The translations under genes were made by a program, and so were the position numbers. A stretch of 57,501 nt of DNA from the NCBI GenBank assembly GCA_964483035.1, contig CAYZZS010000005.1:1-57501 (forward strand). The letters run 5' to 3'. Below, piece after piece: positions 48,204 to 57,330 of this stretch. Position 1 is the stretch's first letter. Every line of letters begins with the position of its first letter. The stretch is from an uncultured Candidatus Saccharibacteria bacterium. Its GTDB lineage: Bacteria > Patescibacteriota > Saccharimonadia > Saccharimonadales > CAYZZS01. The notes beneath the pieces were generated by a model. The model was not told where the DNA came from, did no database searches, and was given only the letters and a program-made list of their open reading frames with translations.

Positions 48204-49982
48204 TATAAACCCACCCGATTGGTGAACCCACAGTTCGGCGTATTTACCGTTTTGCTTGAGTAGTGTCCTGTGTGAGCCTGACTCTATGATATTGCCATCC
48301 TCAAGAACGATAATCCGGTCCATCTTTTGAATAGTACTAAGCCGGTGCGCAATGACAATTGCAGTACGTCGCTCCATGAGTCGCCAAAGAGCTTCCTGGA
48401 TAAGCCGTTCACTTTCTGAATCTAGAGCGCTAGTGGCCTCATCCAGTATCAGAATTGGCGCGTCCTTCAGCATGGCTCGGGCTATTGCTACGCGCTGGCG
48501 TTGCCCGCCAGATAATTTGACACCACGTTCGCCAACCAGCGTGTCATAGCCACGGGGCAGCTGCTTGATGAAATCATGCGCATTGGCCTGCTTGGCGGCC
48601 GCTATAATTTCATCTCTCCCAGCATTCGGCTTGCCATAGGTGATGTTTTCGGCAACGGTACGATGAAACAGCAGCGGCTCTTGGGGTACATAGGCAATCG
48701 CCTCGCGTAGGCTTTGCTGGGTAACTGATGCAATATCCTGACCGTCAATGGCGATTACGCCGCTCTGAATGTCCGCGAATCGAAGTAACAGCTTGGTAAT
48801 TGTCGTCTTGCCGCCGCCGGAACGGCCAACTAGGCCGACTTTTTCGCCCGGTGCAATAGTAAGGTTTAGATTAGTAAACAGACTTTCCTTGTCTTTGGCA
48901 TCAGCATACTGGAATGTAACGTCCTGAAAGCTGATGGCTGCATCGGTAACGCGCAGCTTTTTAGCGTCTGGCGCATCAGTGAGTTCGGGTGGCTGATTGA
49001 GGACGCGGATCATCGGACTTGCTTCAGTAATGGCATTCTCGAGATTGCGGATCATGGTGCTGACCTCAAACATCTTGTTGCTGAGCGTGATAGTAAAGCC
49101 GAATGAGAATATGCCGGCAGATAGCAGTGACGGGTCGGACGATACCCGGTGGACGATGAGCCAGATGAATAGGAATTGCAGGGCGAGTATAGCGATGATC
49201 CGATTGTTACCGTCATAGCTTACGAGCTTCCAGTCATGGATCCGGTGTTTAGTCAGTTTGGCATTGAGTACTTGGTGGACTTTCTGTTCATATGGCTCTT
49301 TTGCAAATGCCTTGACCGTGCTGTTGTTGGTAATGATATCCGAAAAATAGCCAACTAGATTCCGTCTGGCTTCATGACGGCGCTTGCGCAGCGGTGCGCG
49401 TTTCCGGCTGTTATAGATAGCTCCGCCAATGACCGTCGCGGACATCACGCACAGGCCGACTGCCAGTAGTAGCGAGTGAGTGCCAACCACGATTATGCCG
49501 CCGAGCAGGGTGAGCAGAAACGGGATAATGCCAATTGTAATAATGTCTTGGAATTGAATGAACGCTGTGCCAAGTCCGATGCTGTCTGAGATCAGTTTTC
49601 CGGTCATGTTATCACTGTAGAACCGCGAACTTTTAGCCAGCAACGAGTCGAGCACCGTATTTTGGATGCGCTCAACGGTCTTTGCCTGCGTGGTCAGCAG
49701 GACTAGGAACCCGAAGCGGTTGGCTATAACTCCGATTGCACCGAACAATACCAGCAGCGCCATGCTGGTTCGCCAGTGTTCACTGGCCGACATTTGGGCC
49801 AGCTTGGCAAGCAAGTCACTGATGATGAACGGCACGGCGGTATTAATGCACAGAGTGCTGATGGGAATCAGAATGATAGCTAACAGCAATCTTTTATTGC
49901 GAAAGCTTTCGCGGTACATGTAGCGGATGACTTCGGACGTATGATTTTTATCACGCTGCTTCATAGCGTCAAGCCTCCTCAT
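48195..49982 (-). CDS. ABC exporter, fused permease-ATPase (MsbA/MdlB-like)
   Basis: Six-helix TMD, Walker A GRSGGGKTT, signature LSGGQRQR, Walker B ILILDEATSALD. Confidence 0.93.
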   Translation of the reverse strand: MRRLDAMKQRDKNHTSEVIRYMYRESFRNKRLLLAIILIPISTLCINTAVPFIISDLLAKLAQMSASEHWRTSMALLVLFGAIGVIANRFGFLVLLTTQAKTVERIQNTVLDSLLAKSSRFYSDNMTGKLISDSIGLGTAFIQFQDIITIGIIPFLLTLLGGIIVVGTHSLLLAVGLCVMSATVIGGAIYNSRKRAPLRKRRHEARRNLVGYFSDIITNNSTVKAFAKEPYEQKVHQVLNAKLTKHRIHDWKLVSYDGNNRIIAILALQFLFIWLIVHRVSSDPSLLSAGIFSFGFTITLSNKMFEVSTMIRNLENAITEASPMIRVLNQPPELTDAPDAKKLRVTDAAISFQDVTFQYADAKDKESLFTNLNLTIAPGEKVGLVGRSGGGKTTITKLLLRFADIQSGVIAIDGQDIASVTQQSLREAIAYVPQEPLLFHRTVAENITYGKPNAGRDEIIAAAKQANAHDFIKQLPRGYDTLVGERGVKLSGGQRQRVAIARAMLKDAPILILDEATSALDSESERLIQEALWRLMERRTAIVIAHRLSTIQKMDRIIVLEDGNIIESGSHRTLLKQNGKYAELWVHQSGGFIEE

Positions 49983-50122
49983 GCTTGCGCGCTGCTTGGT
50001 TTTGTAATGCAGTTGCCGGCATATGGCGCGTATGCGGCGAGATTAATGATCGTTATTGGTAATGGTAGCACGCTGCGGAAGGAGATGACAAGGGGTGTGA
50101 TCTTCTGTAAAATAGCTAAGTT

Positions 50123-51013
50123 ATGCAAAAGATCATCTTGTACTACAAGTTTGTACCGATTAAGGACCCAGAGACGGTCATGCATTGGCAGCGGACGCTT
50201 TGTCAATCGTTGGGACTGACAGGGCGGATTATTGTGAGTCAGCATGGTATTAACGGTACGCTGGGAGGTGACCTCAAGGCGCTTAAAGCTTACACCAGGG
50301 CAATGGCGCAGCACAGTTTATTCAAGGGTATTACATATAAGTGGAGCGACGGTGGCGCGGACGACTTCCCGAAATTATCAGTTAAAGTCCGGGATGAGGT
50401 GGTTACCTTCGGAGCGGCTAACGAGCTAGAGGTGAGTGAGCGCGGCGTAGTGAATGGTGGCAAGCACCTAAAGCCAGAGGAGTTGCACGAGTTGGTAGAG
50501 GAGCGGGGTGATGAAGTGGTGTTTTTTGATGGCCGCAATACCTATGAGGCAAAGATCGGCAAGTTCAAGAACGCAATCGTTCCCAATACCCGCACCGCCA
50601 AAGACTTCGCCCGTGAGATTGCAAAGCCTGAAATGCAAGCATTGAAGGACAAGCCGGTCGTAACCTATTGTACTGGCGGTATCCGCTGCGAAATCCTGAC
50701 CACCATCATGAAGAAAGAAGGATTTAAAGAGGTCTACCAGCTGGACGGCGGAATCGTCAAATACGGAGAAAAATACGGCGATGACGGACTGTGGGAAGGT
50801 AAACTGTTTGTCTTTGATAAGCGGATGAGCGTTGCTTTTTCTGATAAGGCAAAAGATATCGGCCAGTGTACGCACTGCGAAAAACCGACTAGCCGATACG
50901 TCAACTGTGCGAATAAGGCCTGTAACGAACTGATCCTGGTTTGTGAGCAATGTGATCCGGAGAGTAGAACGGTCTGCAGTTCGAAGTGCGAGAAGCTGCG
51001 GGCTGCCGTGTAG
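50123..51013 (+). CDS. trhO: rhodanese-domain tRNA uridine(34) hydroxylase (UPF0176/YceA family)
   Basis: N-terminal YceA-like domain, rhodanese active loop YCTGGIRCE, C-terminal Cys cluster (CTHC..C..C..C..C). Confidence 0.85.
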   Translation: MQKIILYYKFVPIKDPETVMHWQRTLCQSLGLTGRIIVSQHGINGTLGGDLKALKAYTRAMAQHSLFKGITYKWSDGGADDFPKLSVKVRDEVVTFGAANELEVSERGVVNGGKHLKPEELHELVEERGDEVVFFDGRNTYEAKIGKFKNAIVPNTRTAKDFAREIAKPEMQALKDKPVVTYCTGGIRCEILTTIMKKEGFKEVYQLDGGIVKYGEKYGDDGLWEGKLFVFDKRMSVAFSDKAKDIGQCTHCEKPTSRYVNCANKACNELILVCEQCDPESRTVCSSKCEKLRAAV

Positions 51014-51034
51014 CCTGACGATTATTAAACACTA

Positions 51035-51063
51035 TTGACATATGCACAAAATGTGTATATATT
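51035..51063 (+). promoter_or_regulatory. near-consensus sigma-70 promoter (TTGACA-17-TATATT)
   Basis: Exact TTGACA at 51035-51040, 17-nt spacer containing the near-palindrome ATGCACAAAATGTGTAT, and TATATT at 51058-51063. Confidence 0.7.
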
Positions 51064-51319
51064 GCCAAATACAAATAGGCTGTAAGTATTGATCTGTAAC
51101 CCGTATTTGGTCGCTTGGGTTCCAGGGAGCTAGTAGCGAAACCGGACAGCCGAGCCTCTTTGTTGTAAGCTCGGGCGTCCCCGAGCTTATTTGTATCCAA
51201 CAATTTATTAATCCGACCAAGCAGCAAGTGCGGCTCGGTCTATTAAGGCATGGGAACGATACGGCCGTATCGGGTCTGTATTCGAGGCGTCCCTAGTGCC
51301 GGAAAAGGAGGCTACCCAC
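51064..51319 (+). promoter_or_regulatory. long structured 5' leader with terminator/antiterminator alternative
   Basis: P1-like stem CCAAATAC/GTATTTGG. Terminator AGCTCGGG-CGTC-CCCGAGCT plus TATTTGT (51168-51194). CCGAGC at 51150-51155 can pair instead with GCTCGG at 51169-51174. Confidence 0.55.
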
Positions 51320-51703
51320 ATGGGAGTGCGAAAAGAAGAAGACACGTGGCAGGAGATGGAGCAAGCTGCTGCAGTCCGCGAGCAGCGGCTTGGTCAGGCC
51401 ATTATAGCCGCCAAGATTAGCGGCCTGCTCTTTGCTGGAGGTATCTTAGGCGGACTAGTGGTGCATAAGGTTGATGGGCCGAACCGAGAGCGGATCGGTG
51501 AGCAGCGTGGTATAGAAATCGGACGACAGGCAGCCGCTGAGGAGGTGGCTGAGTCGACTATCAATACCAGGCTGCAGCTGGAAAGCTGTCAGTTGATGGA
51601 TGGGTACAAGCGTGAATTTCCGGGTTATTTTGAAGATTTTAAATTTGAGTCCTGCGTCGGGGCTATCGCAGTTAGCGGTGGTGACGGCAGGCAGGGCGGA
51701 TAG
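51320..51703 (+). CDS. small single-pass membrane protein, hypothetical
   Basis: ATG 51320 with an AAGGAGG SD. TM helix ISGLLFAGGILGGLVV. Confidence 0.55.
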   Translation: MGVRKEEDTWQEMEQAAAVREQRLGQAIIAAKISGLLFAGGILGGLVVHKVDGPNRERIGEQRGIEIGRQAAAEEVAESTINTRLQLESCQLMDGYKREFPGYFEDFKFESCVGAIAVSGGDGRQGG

Positions 51704-51711
51704 GAGACGAT

Positions 51712-52584
51712 ATGTCAGAACAAGCAGCAGGAAGAGAACGGTTCGGAAAACTTAAGATTGCAGGTTGCGTGGCAGTCGGTGCGCTCGCATTGAATGTCGC
51801 CGCCGATAAGCTAGGCATTGATCTGGGCGTTTTTAATTCGGAGACAACGACCGATTTTGAGCAGCCGACCACTATTGTTAGAAGTATTGAGCCAATTGAC
51901 ATCGGCTGTTTTGTCCAGGTAGAGGCCCAAATGGATATGGTAGCGCATTTGCGAAGACGGGTTTCGGCTGGCCCGTTCACTAAGACAGCATGGACCAATA
52001 CTACCAAGACAACCGCAAAGGGGGAGTCACGTCTGTGCGTGGATAATGAGCTGACGGATATCACGGTTACTGAGCGTACAGAGTGGGCTGGTGACGAGCC
52101 GCAGACAACAAAAACTATGGATGTGACTATCGGCCGACTGTATCCGGAGGGTAAGGTGGTCCATGACGGCACCACAAAGAGTGACACCAATGATGCCTTC
52201 GGTGAACGGCTCGGCAAGCTGTTTGGCGGCGACGGCAGCAGTGAAGATGTGCAAGAGGGCTTGAACATTATTGCGGAGCGCTTAGCTACGCGTAGTGCAT
52301 GCGTGGACGAATCGGTCGAAGTCGCCAAGTCACAAATCAGGAAGCACTATGAAAAGCTGGGCCGGCAAATCGGTGGCATTGAATCTGAAAACATCACTAT
52401 CACCTACGCTGCTCCTATGCCGGCAACCCAAGAGATTCCCACTGGTGAGAATGTCGATGAGGCGCTGGCGGGTCTTGGCATAGAGCTTTCCGATAACCTT
52501 GATATTGGTATTGAAAATCCGGTCTGCTCGGTTGCTTTGGTTAACGGCATACCGTTAGTTGAAGGTGCGCAAAAGGAGCGTTAG
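51712..52584 (+). CDS. N-terminally anchored extracytoplasmic protein, hypothetical
   Basis: TM helix (IAGCVAVGALALNVAA), then a Thr- and Asp-rich domain of about 250 aa. An antisense ORF (51672-52328) was discounted. Confidence 0.55.
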   Translation: MSEQAAGRERFGKLKIAGCVAVGALALNVAADKLGIDLGVFNSETTTDFEQPTTIVRSIEPIDIGCFVQVEAQMDMVAHLRRRVSAGPFTKTAWTNTTKTTAKGESRLCVDNELTDITVTERTEWAGDEPQTTKTMDVTIGRLYPEGKVVHDGTTKSDTNDAFGERLGKLFGGDGSSEDVQEGLNIIAERLATRSACVDESVEVAKSQIRKHYEKLGRQIGGIESENITITYAAPMPATQEIPTGENVDEALAGLGIELSDNLDIGIENPVCSVALVNGIPLVEGAQKER

Positions 52585-52585
52585 G

Positions 52586-53485
52586 GTGGCGGGCATTGAG
52601 CGTATACCCACAGTAGCGGCAATGCCTTCTGTTGAGGATATTGGTCCGGTGGTTGCACGAGAAGAAATCCATGCCCGATTGGAGGCGGCTCGTAGGTTGG
52701 GATTGGACCGACTCGAGAAAATTACTCAGGCTACAGAAAATCTTGGCAGGGTGTCGCTTGGAATGGACTGGTCGGATTTCGGCGAATGGATCGAACAATT
52801 TTCAGCAGAATCACGGGCCATCGACGGCATGATAGAGCAGCTGGGCCAAGATGATCTGACAGGTAGACTGGCGTGGCAGCGGCAAGTGTCAGCAAACCAG
52901 AAGGCGATGGATGCTGGGAATGGATCGCTGTACGGTTCGCAGCAGCCGCAAATTTCAGAGGCTGAGTACACGGCTATTCTAGCGGAGGTTCCGGCCGAGC
53001 TACCCGATACAAGTAATAATACACATCGTGCCAGTCTATTTGGTCGTATGGTTGCTCGGGCGGCTGCTCATGAGGTCAGTGAGGATTGGGAGGACTGGTG
53101 CCGCGAAGCAGTTGAAGTTTTGAGCGGACAAAAGGATGTGCCGGTTAGGGGACGCGATTATGTGAGGATTGGCAATGATAAGTTTGCCATACTCTCAGAT
53201 CTTAACCCAAAAGATACCTATTATCACAAGCTGCTCTCTATTGACGGTGCTCGCGAGCGGATTCAGGAGAAGTTCTTGCGCCGTTCCGATGCTGAGCGAA
53301 CACTGCTCGCCGTAGAAAATGCACTACATGCCGAGCGGGTCCTGGACGGAATTAGAAGTGGCGGTATCCATCCGCGTGATCGCGATCATCCAAATACCCA
53401 ACGGATAATCCGTCAATACGAAATGGTGCACAAGAACCGGGTGACTATGAAGGATGTAAGAGAGGAGATTCAATGGAAGGAATAA
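52586..53485 (+). CDS. hypothetical cytoplasmic protein
   Basis: GTG 52586 with an AAGGAG SD 8 nt upstream, immediately after the upstream stop. Its stop overlaps the next start. Confidence 0.5.
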   Translation: MAGIERIPTVAAMPSVEDIGPVVAREEIHARLEAARRLGLDRLEKITQATENLGRVSLGMDWSDFGEWIEQFSAESRAIDGMIEQLGQDDLTGRLAWQRQVSANQKAMDAGNGSLYGSQQPQISEAEYTAILAEVPAELPDTSNNTHRASLFGRMVARAAAHEVSEDWEDWCREAVEVLSGQKDVPVRGRDYVRIGNDKFAILSDLNPKDTYYHKLLSIDGARERIQEKFLRRSDAERTLLAVENALHAERVLDGIRSGGIHPRDRDHPNTQRIIRQYEMVHKNRVTMKDVREEIQWKE

Positions 53486-55698
53486 GAGATACACGGGCAA
53501 TGATCGATGCACTGCATGAGGCACTTGGCCCATCACGGAGCGAAGCCGTAGCAGAATCTGTCAGAGCTAATGCCGGAAAAATCGGCGTCGGTGGCTTGTT
53601 AACGATTGCCGCCGGAGCTGAGCTTATGAATCCGGTTGCCGCCGGTGCTTTTGAGCAAATAAGCGATGACGGCAAGACGCTGGTTTTAGAAGTGAATAGT
53701 CCGTACGACACTATTGGCGAGGCTCGCTTGATGGTCGAGAGGGGTCGCCGCCCAAGCGTGGGTCAGATCGCCGCGGACAGCGGCAAGTCAGATGCGGATC
53801 TGCTCTTTATGGGTGACCGTATCGTCGTGGTGCGTACCAGCGAGCCTGGGGAGCAGTCTGCTGACAAAACTGAAAAATATAAAGTAGTAACGGGCGACAG
53901 TCTTGACGCTATCGCACATCGGAACGGCACGACATGGCAGCGCTTGTATAATTTTGGAAAAAACCGCTCCATTGTAGGTGATAACCCAAACAAAATTATG
54001 CCTGGCATAGAACTAGACTTGCCGCCGGATGTTGAGAGCAAAGCAGTAAGAACGGTAGATGTCGTCGTCCAGTCCGGTGACACCCTATCGGCGATCGTTG
54101 CGCCGTATGGTGATAATGATGACGAAGCTGCAAAGCGGTCCGGTATAGCGAACAAGCACTTGATCAGGCCGGGCGAGGTGGTTACGGTGGAGGTTCGAAA
54201 AGCTGCAAAACAGCACACCCAGGAGGTGGCGCAAGAAGTCTCCAGTGACCTTACATCAAGTGAAACTTCGGGAAGGCCTGCGATAACGGAGTCGGCCCCC
54301 GAGCCTCTGGCCGTAGTTGAGCCGGTAGCTATGGAAGTCCTGGCAGCTCAAGAGGTGGCGCCTACTCCCGAATCTGCACCAGCTGTTGAGGTGGTTTCCC
54401 GCCCGGCAATTCTCGAGCATGACCTAATGCCGGTCGAGGTGGTGTCGTTGGACGAAGCTCGGCGTCTGGCTCGGCTGACTGGTAGTGAACGATACGGACT
54501 TCGCCTGGAAACAGCGGAAGTCATGAAATACCTCTATGTTGCCGGGTTTCGGGGCGAGGACTTGGTAGTAATGACAGCAGTTACGCTCGGAGAGTCCGGT
54601 GGCCATCCGTTCGCGGTTGGCGATATCGACCTCCATTTTAAGGGCGATATCTCCACTGGTCTTTGTCAGATTTACTATTCGCCTGGCCGTGGCTATGTCA
54701 GCCCGAACCGGGATCCGCAAGCGAACCTCAATCCACTGACTGCTGCAAGAAATTGTTTTGATATGTATGCAGCTCGCGGCAGTAAGAATCACGATGCACG
54801 GTTCAACGACTGGAGCGCTTTTAAGAATGGTTCGCATGAGAAATTTATTGACGAAGCGTGGCAGGCATATCGGGGCTTGAGTGAGCAGTACGGTGATCTG
54901 GCTCCGGAGGCTATCACGGTTCCACTTCGTCAACCAGCGGAAGCAGAGGTGCAGCACGCTATGGTGGAGGCAGCTGCAGAAATCCCGGAGGCACGCTTTG
55001 AGGGCGTCGATGAAGTTGCAGCTGCGTACCTGGAGTCAATCAGTACTGCCCGACCGACACTGGACGAGTACTTGTCATTTGGCCAGCCTACGGACAGGGC
55101 ATGGCCAGCAGGCGTCAATGCGTCGCTGCAAGGTGTTTTTAATACCGAACTCAAAGACAAAGGCGCCATTAAGGAGTTGCAGCATCTTGTCGTGCACTGG
55201 ACGGCCGGAAATGAGCAAAGCGGACAAAGTATCGCTAACTCGCTCTTGAGCCGGAAGGGTAATTGCTGCAGTGTGCAGGCCGGCATCGGCCGTGACGGCG
55301 TGGTTTACGGATATACTGAGACTCCGGATACGGTCACGATGCACGTCCGCGGCAGGAACAGTAATGGGCATTCAAATAACTACACATCAATCGGCGTGGA
55401 GATTGCTGCACCCGGCTTTCCGGGCACCTACGAGTTGTCAGACGGGGGAGCTTGGCAAGGTGGTGCTGATCTGGAGGGTTTTAATGCTGAGCAGCATAAA
55501 AATGCAATTATGCTCTATGCGTGGCTCGTCGAACACTACGGCCTGACGCCGGATGCAATTGTTGGCCATGAAGCAATTGATCATCCGGATCGTGGTGGCA
55601 GTGGCAAGGTTGATGTCCCGCCCCAGTATGTGGAGATAGTCCGCAGTGAGGTTGCGCGTTTGCTGCAGGAGAAGCAGGCTGCTGGCACAAGCCAGTAG
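53473..55698 (+). CDS. multidomain cell-wall hydrolase: LysM x2, lysozyme/SLT-like domain and N-acetylmuramoyl-L-alanine amidase (Amidase_2/PGRP-like)
   Basis: LysM (YKVVTGDSLDAIAHRNG; VVVQSGDTLSAIVAPYG). Lysozyme-like LGESGGHPFAVGD..STGLCQIYY. Amidase HLVVHWTAG..SIGVEIAAPG..IVGHEAIDHPDRGGSGKVDV. 741 aa. Confidence 0.8.
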   Translation: MEGIRDTRAMIDALHEALGPSRSEAVAESVRANAGKIGVGGLLTIAAGAELMNPVAAGAFEQISDDGKTLVLEVNSPYDTIGEARLMVERGRRPSVGQIAADSGKSDADLLFMGDRIVVVRTSEPGEQSADKTEKYKVVTGDSLDAIAHRNGTTWQRLYNFGKNRSIVGDNPNKIMPGIELDLPPDVESKAVRTVDVVVQSGDTLSAIVAPYGDNDDEAAKRSGIANKHLIRPGEVVTVEVRKAAKQHTQEVAQEVSSDLTSSETSGRPAITESAPEPLAVVEPVAMEVLAAQEVAPTPESAPAVEVVSRPAILEHDLMPVEVVSLDEARRLARLTGSERYGLRLETAEVMKYLYVAGFRGEDLVVMTAVTLGESGGHPFAVGDIDLHFKGDISTGLCQIYYSPGRGYVSPNRDPQANLNPLTAARNCFDMYAARGSKNHDARFNDWSAFKNGSHEKFIDEAWQAYRGLSEQYGDLAPEAITVPLRQPAEAEVQHAMVEAAAEIPEARFEGVDEVAAAYLESISTARPTLDEYLSFGQPTDRAWPAGVNASLQGVFNTELKDKGAIKELQHLVVHWTAGNEQSGQSIANSLLSRKGNCCSVQAGIGRDGVVYGYTETPDTVTMHVRGRNSNGHSNNYTSIGVEIAAPGFPGTYELSDGGAWQGGADLEGFNAEQHKNAIMLYAWLVEHYGLTPDAIVGHEAIDHPDRGGSGKVDVPPQYVEIVRSEVARLLQEKQAAGTSQ

Positions 55699-55743
55699 GT
55701 CATTCGCTAATCTCCGGTGCGCCTGTCATAATATAGATTGGTT

Positions 55744-57306
55744 ATGACAGAGGTACTAAAGCAGAAACTATCCGAACTGCCGAAAGATCCCGGTGTCTAC
55801 TTTCATAAGGATGCACACGGGGAGATTATCTATATCGGCAAAGCCGCGGTGCTTCGTAATCGGGTGCGCCAGTATTTTCAGGCATCTCGAAACCGTGACC
55901 CGAAGACCGAGGCGCTGGTAGAAGAAATCGCCGACATTGATTGGATGGTGGTTGAGAGCGAAATCGACGCCTTGTTTTTGGAGGCGGAGATGGTTCGGCG
56001 CTATCTGCCGAAGTACAACATTCTGCTCCGGGATGATAAGAGCAGTCTGTTTGTGCGGATTAGCTATGGTAGCCCGCATCCGACTGTCAGCTTCACTCGC
56101 CGGCCTATGGATGATAAGGCAGAGTACTTTGGCCCATATTTCAACGGCGGGGAGGTGCGGCGGGCGCTGAAATATCTGCGGAAAATTTTCCCATATTCAA
56201 CGCACAGCAGTGTAGTGCCGAAGCGCGCCTGTCTGCAGTATCACTTGGGACTGTGTCCCGGTATTGAAGAGGGTAAGACCGATCTGAAGGAGTATCGTGC
56301 TAACTTACGCAAGCTCATGCAGTACCTAAAAGGCGAGCGAGTGCAGCTGGTGAGAGAGATCGAGCGTGATATGAAGCGGTCTGCCGCCGATAAGGATTTC
56401 GAGACGGCCGCGGAGCTACGTAACCAGCTGTTTGCTCTCAAGGGTCTCAGCCGGCAAATCGTCTTCTCTGACAAGGAGTTCATGGACATTAGTAAAGATC
56501 AGGGGCTTAGCGGATTAGCGCAGCTGCTTGGGCTCGAGCAGGCGCCGCGGGTTATCGAAGGTTACGATATTAGCCATATGCAGGGCACGGACAATGTCGC
56601 CAGCATGGTGGTGTTCAGTAACGGCGTACCGAAAAAGAGCGCGTATCGGAAATTCAAGCTGCGGATACCGGGCAATGACGACTTTGCGCATATGAACGAG
56701 GCAATTACCCGGCGTCTTAGAGAAAAGAATCGCAAGGATTGGGGTGTTCCGGACCTGTTTCTGATTGATGGCGGCAAAGGGCAGCTGGCTGCTGCGCTCA
56801 ATGCGCGTAATGAGGCCGGTATTTCGGTACCGATGATAGGTCTTGCGAAACGGGAGGAGGAAATCATACTTAAAAAAAGCGACATCAAATCATCCACCGA
56901 GGATAGGTCTTTGGCTGCGATTCCGGCGCTCGATACGGCCTTCCTGGCGGAGCTAGGTGGCTTCATGTCAGAGAGCGGAGAGTTTATTACCATCAGTTTG
57001 CCGCACTCGACACATATCGTGAAGCTGCTGCAGCGTATCCGCGATGAGTCGCACCGATTTGCAGTCAGTTACCATACGGTGCTGAAGTCGAAACGGCAGA
57101 CTGCCAGCCTGCTGGACGACATCCCGACCATCGGTCCAATTACTCGAAAAAAGTTACTCAAAACCTTCGGCTCGATGCGCGGGATTATGCAGGCACGGCA
57201 GTGGGAGCTAGAGAAGGTAGTTGGTGAGAAAAAGGCAGCGATCCTCCGGCAGTATTTACGACCGCTCAAAAAAGAAACCCAAGCTTCGTCAGCTGACAGC
57301 CAATGA
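55744..57306 (+). CDS. uvrC: excinuclease ABC subunit C
   Basis: GIY-YIG (GVYFHKD..IIYIGKA), UVR domain (FETAAELRNQLFAL), endonuclease domain, C-terminal HhH (IGPITRKKLLKTFGS). Start at ATG 55744. Confidence 0.93.
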   Translation: MTEVLKQKLSELPKDPGVYFHKDAHGEIIYIGKAAVLRNRVRQYFQASRNRDPKTEALVEEIADIDWMVVESEIDALFLEAEMVRRYLPKYNILLRDDKSSLFVRISYGSPHPTVSFTRRPMDDKAEYFGPYFNGGEVRRALKYLRKIFPYSTHSSVVPKRACLQYHLGLCPGIEEGKTDLKEYRANLRKLMQYLKGERVQLVREIERDMKRSAADKDFETAAELRNQLFALKGLSRQIVFSDKEFMDISKDQGLSGLAQLLGLEQAPRVIEGYDISHMQGTDNVASMVVFSNGVPKKSAYRKFKLRIPGNDDFAHMNEAITRRLREKNRKDWGVPDLFLIDGGKGQLAAALNARNEAGISVPMIGLAKREEEIILKKSDIKSSTEDRSLAAIPALDTAFLAELGGFMSESGEFITISLPHSTHIVKLLQRIRDESHRFAVSYHTVLKSKRQTASLLDDIPTIGPITRKKLLKTFGSMRGIMQARQWELEKVVGEKKAAILRQYLRPLKKETQASSADSQ

Positions 57307-57330
57307 GTCTGCTTGCTATACTTATTCCTC

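Noticed and set aside
51064-51195. Assignment of the leader to the ydaO (c-di-AMP) riboswitch class, or to the TPP class because of UGAUCUG.
   Set aside because: Only one short box resembles ydaO. The GGGG/ACCC boxes, pseudo-twofold layout and TPP CUGAGA box were not found. It is kept as an unclassified leader.
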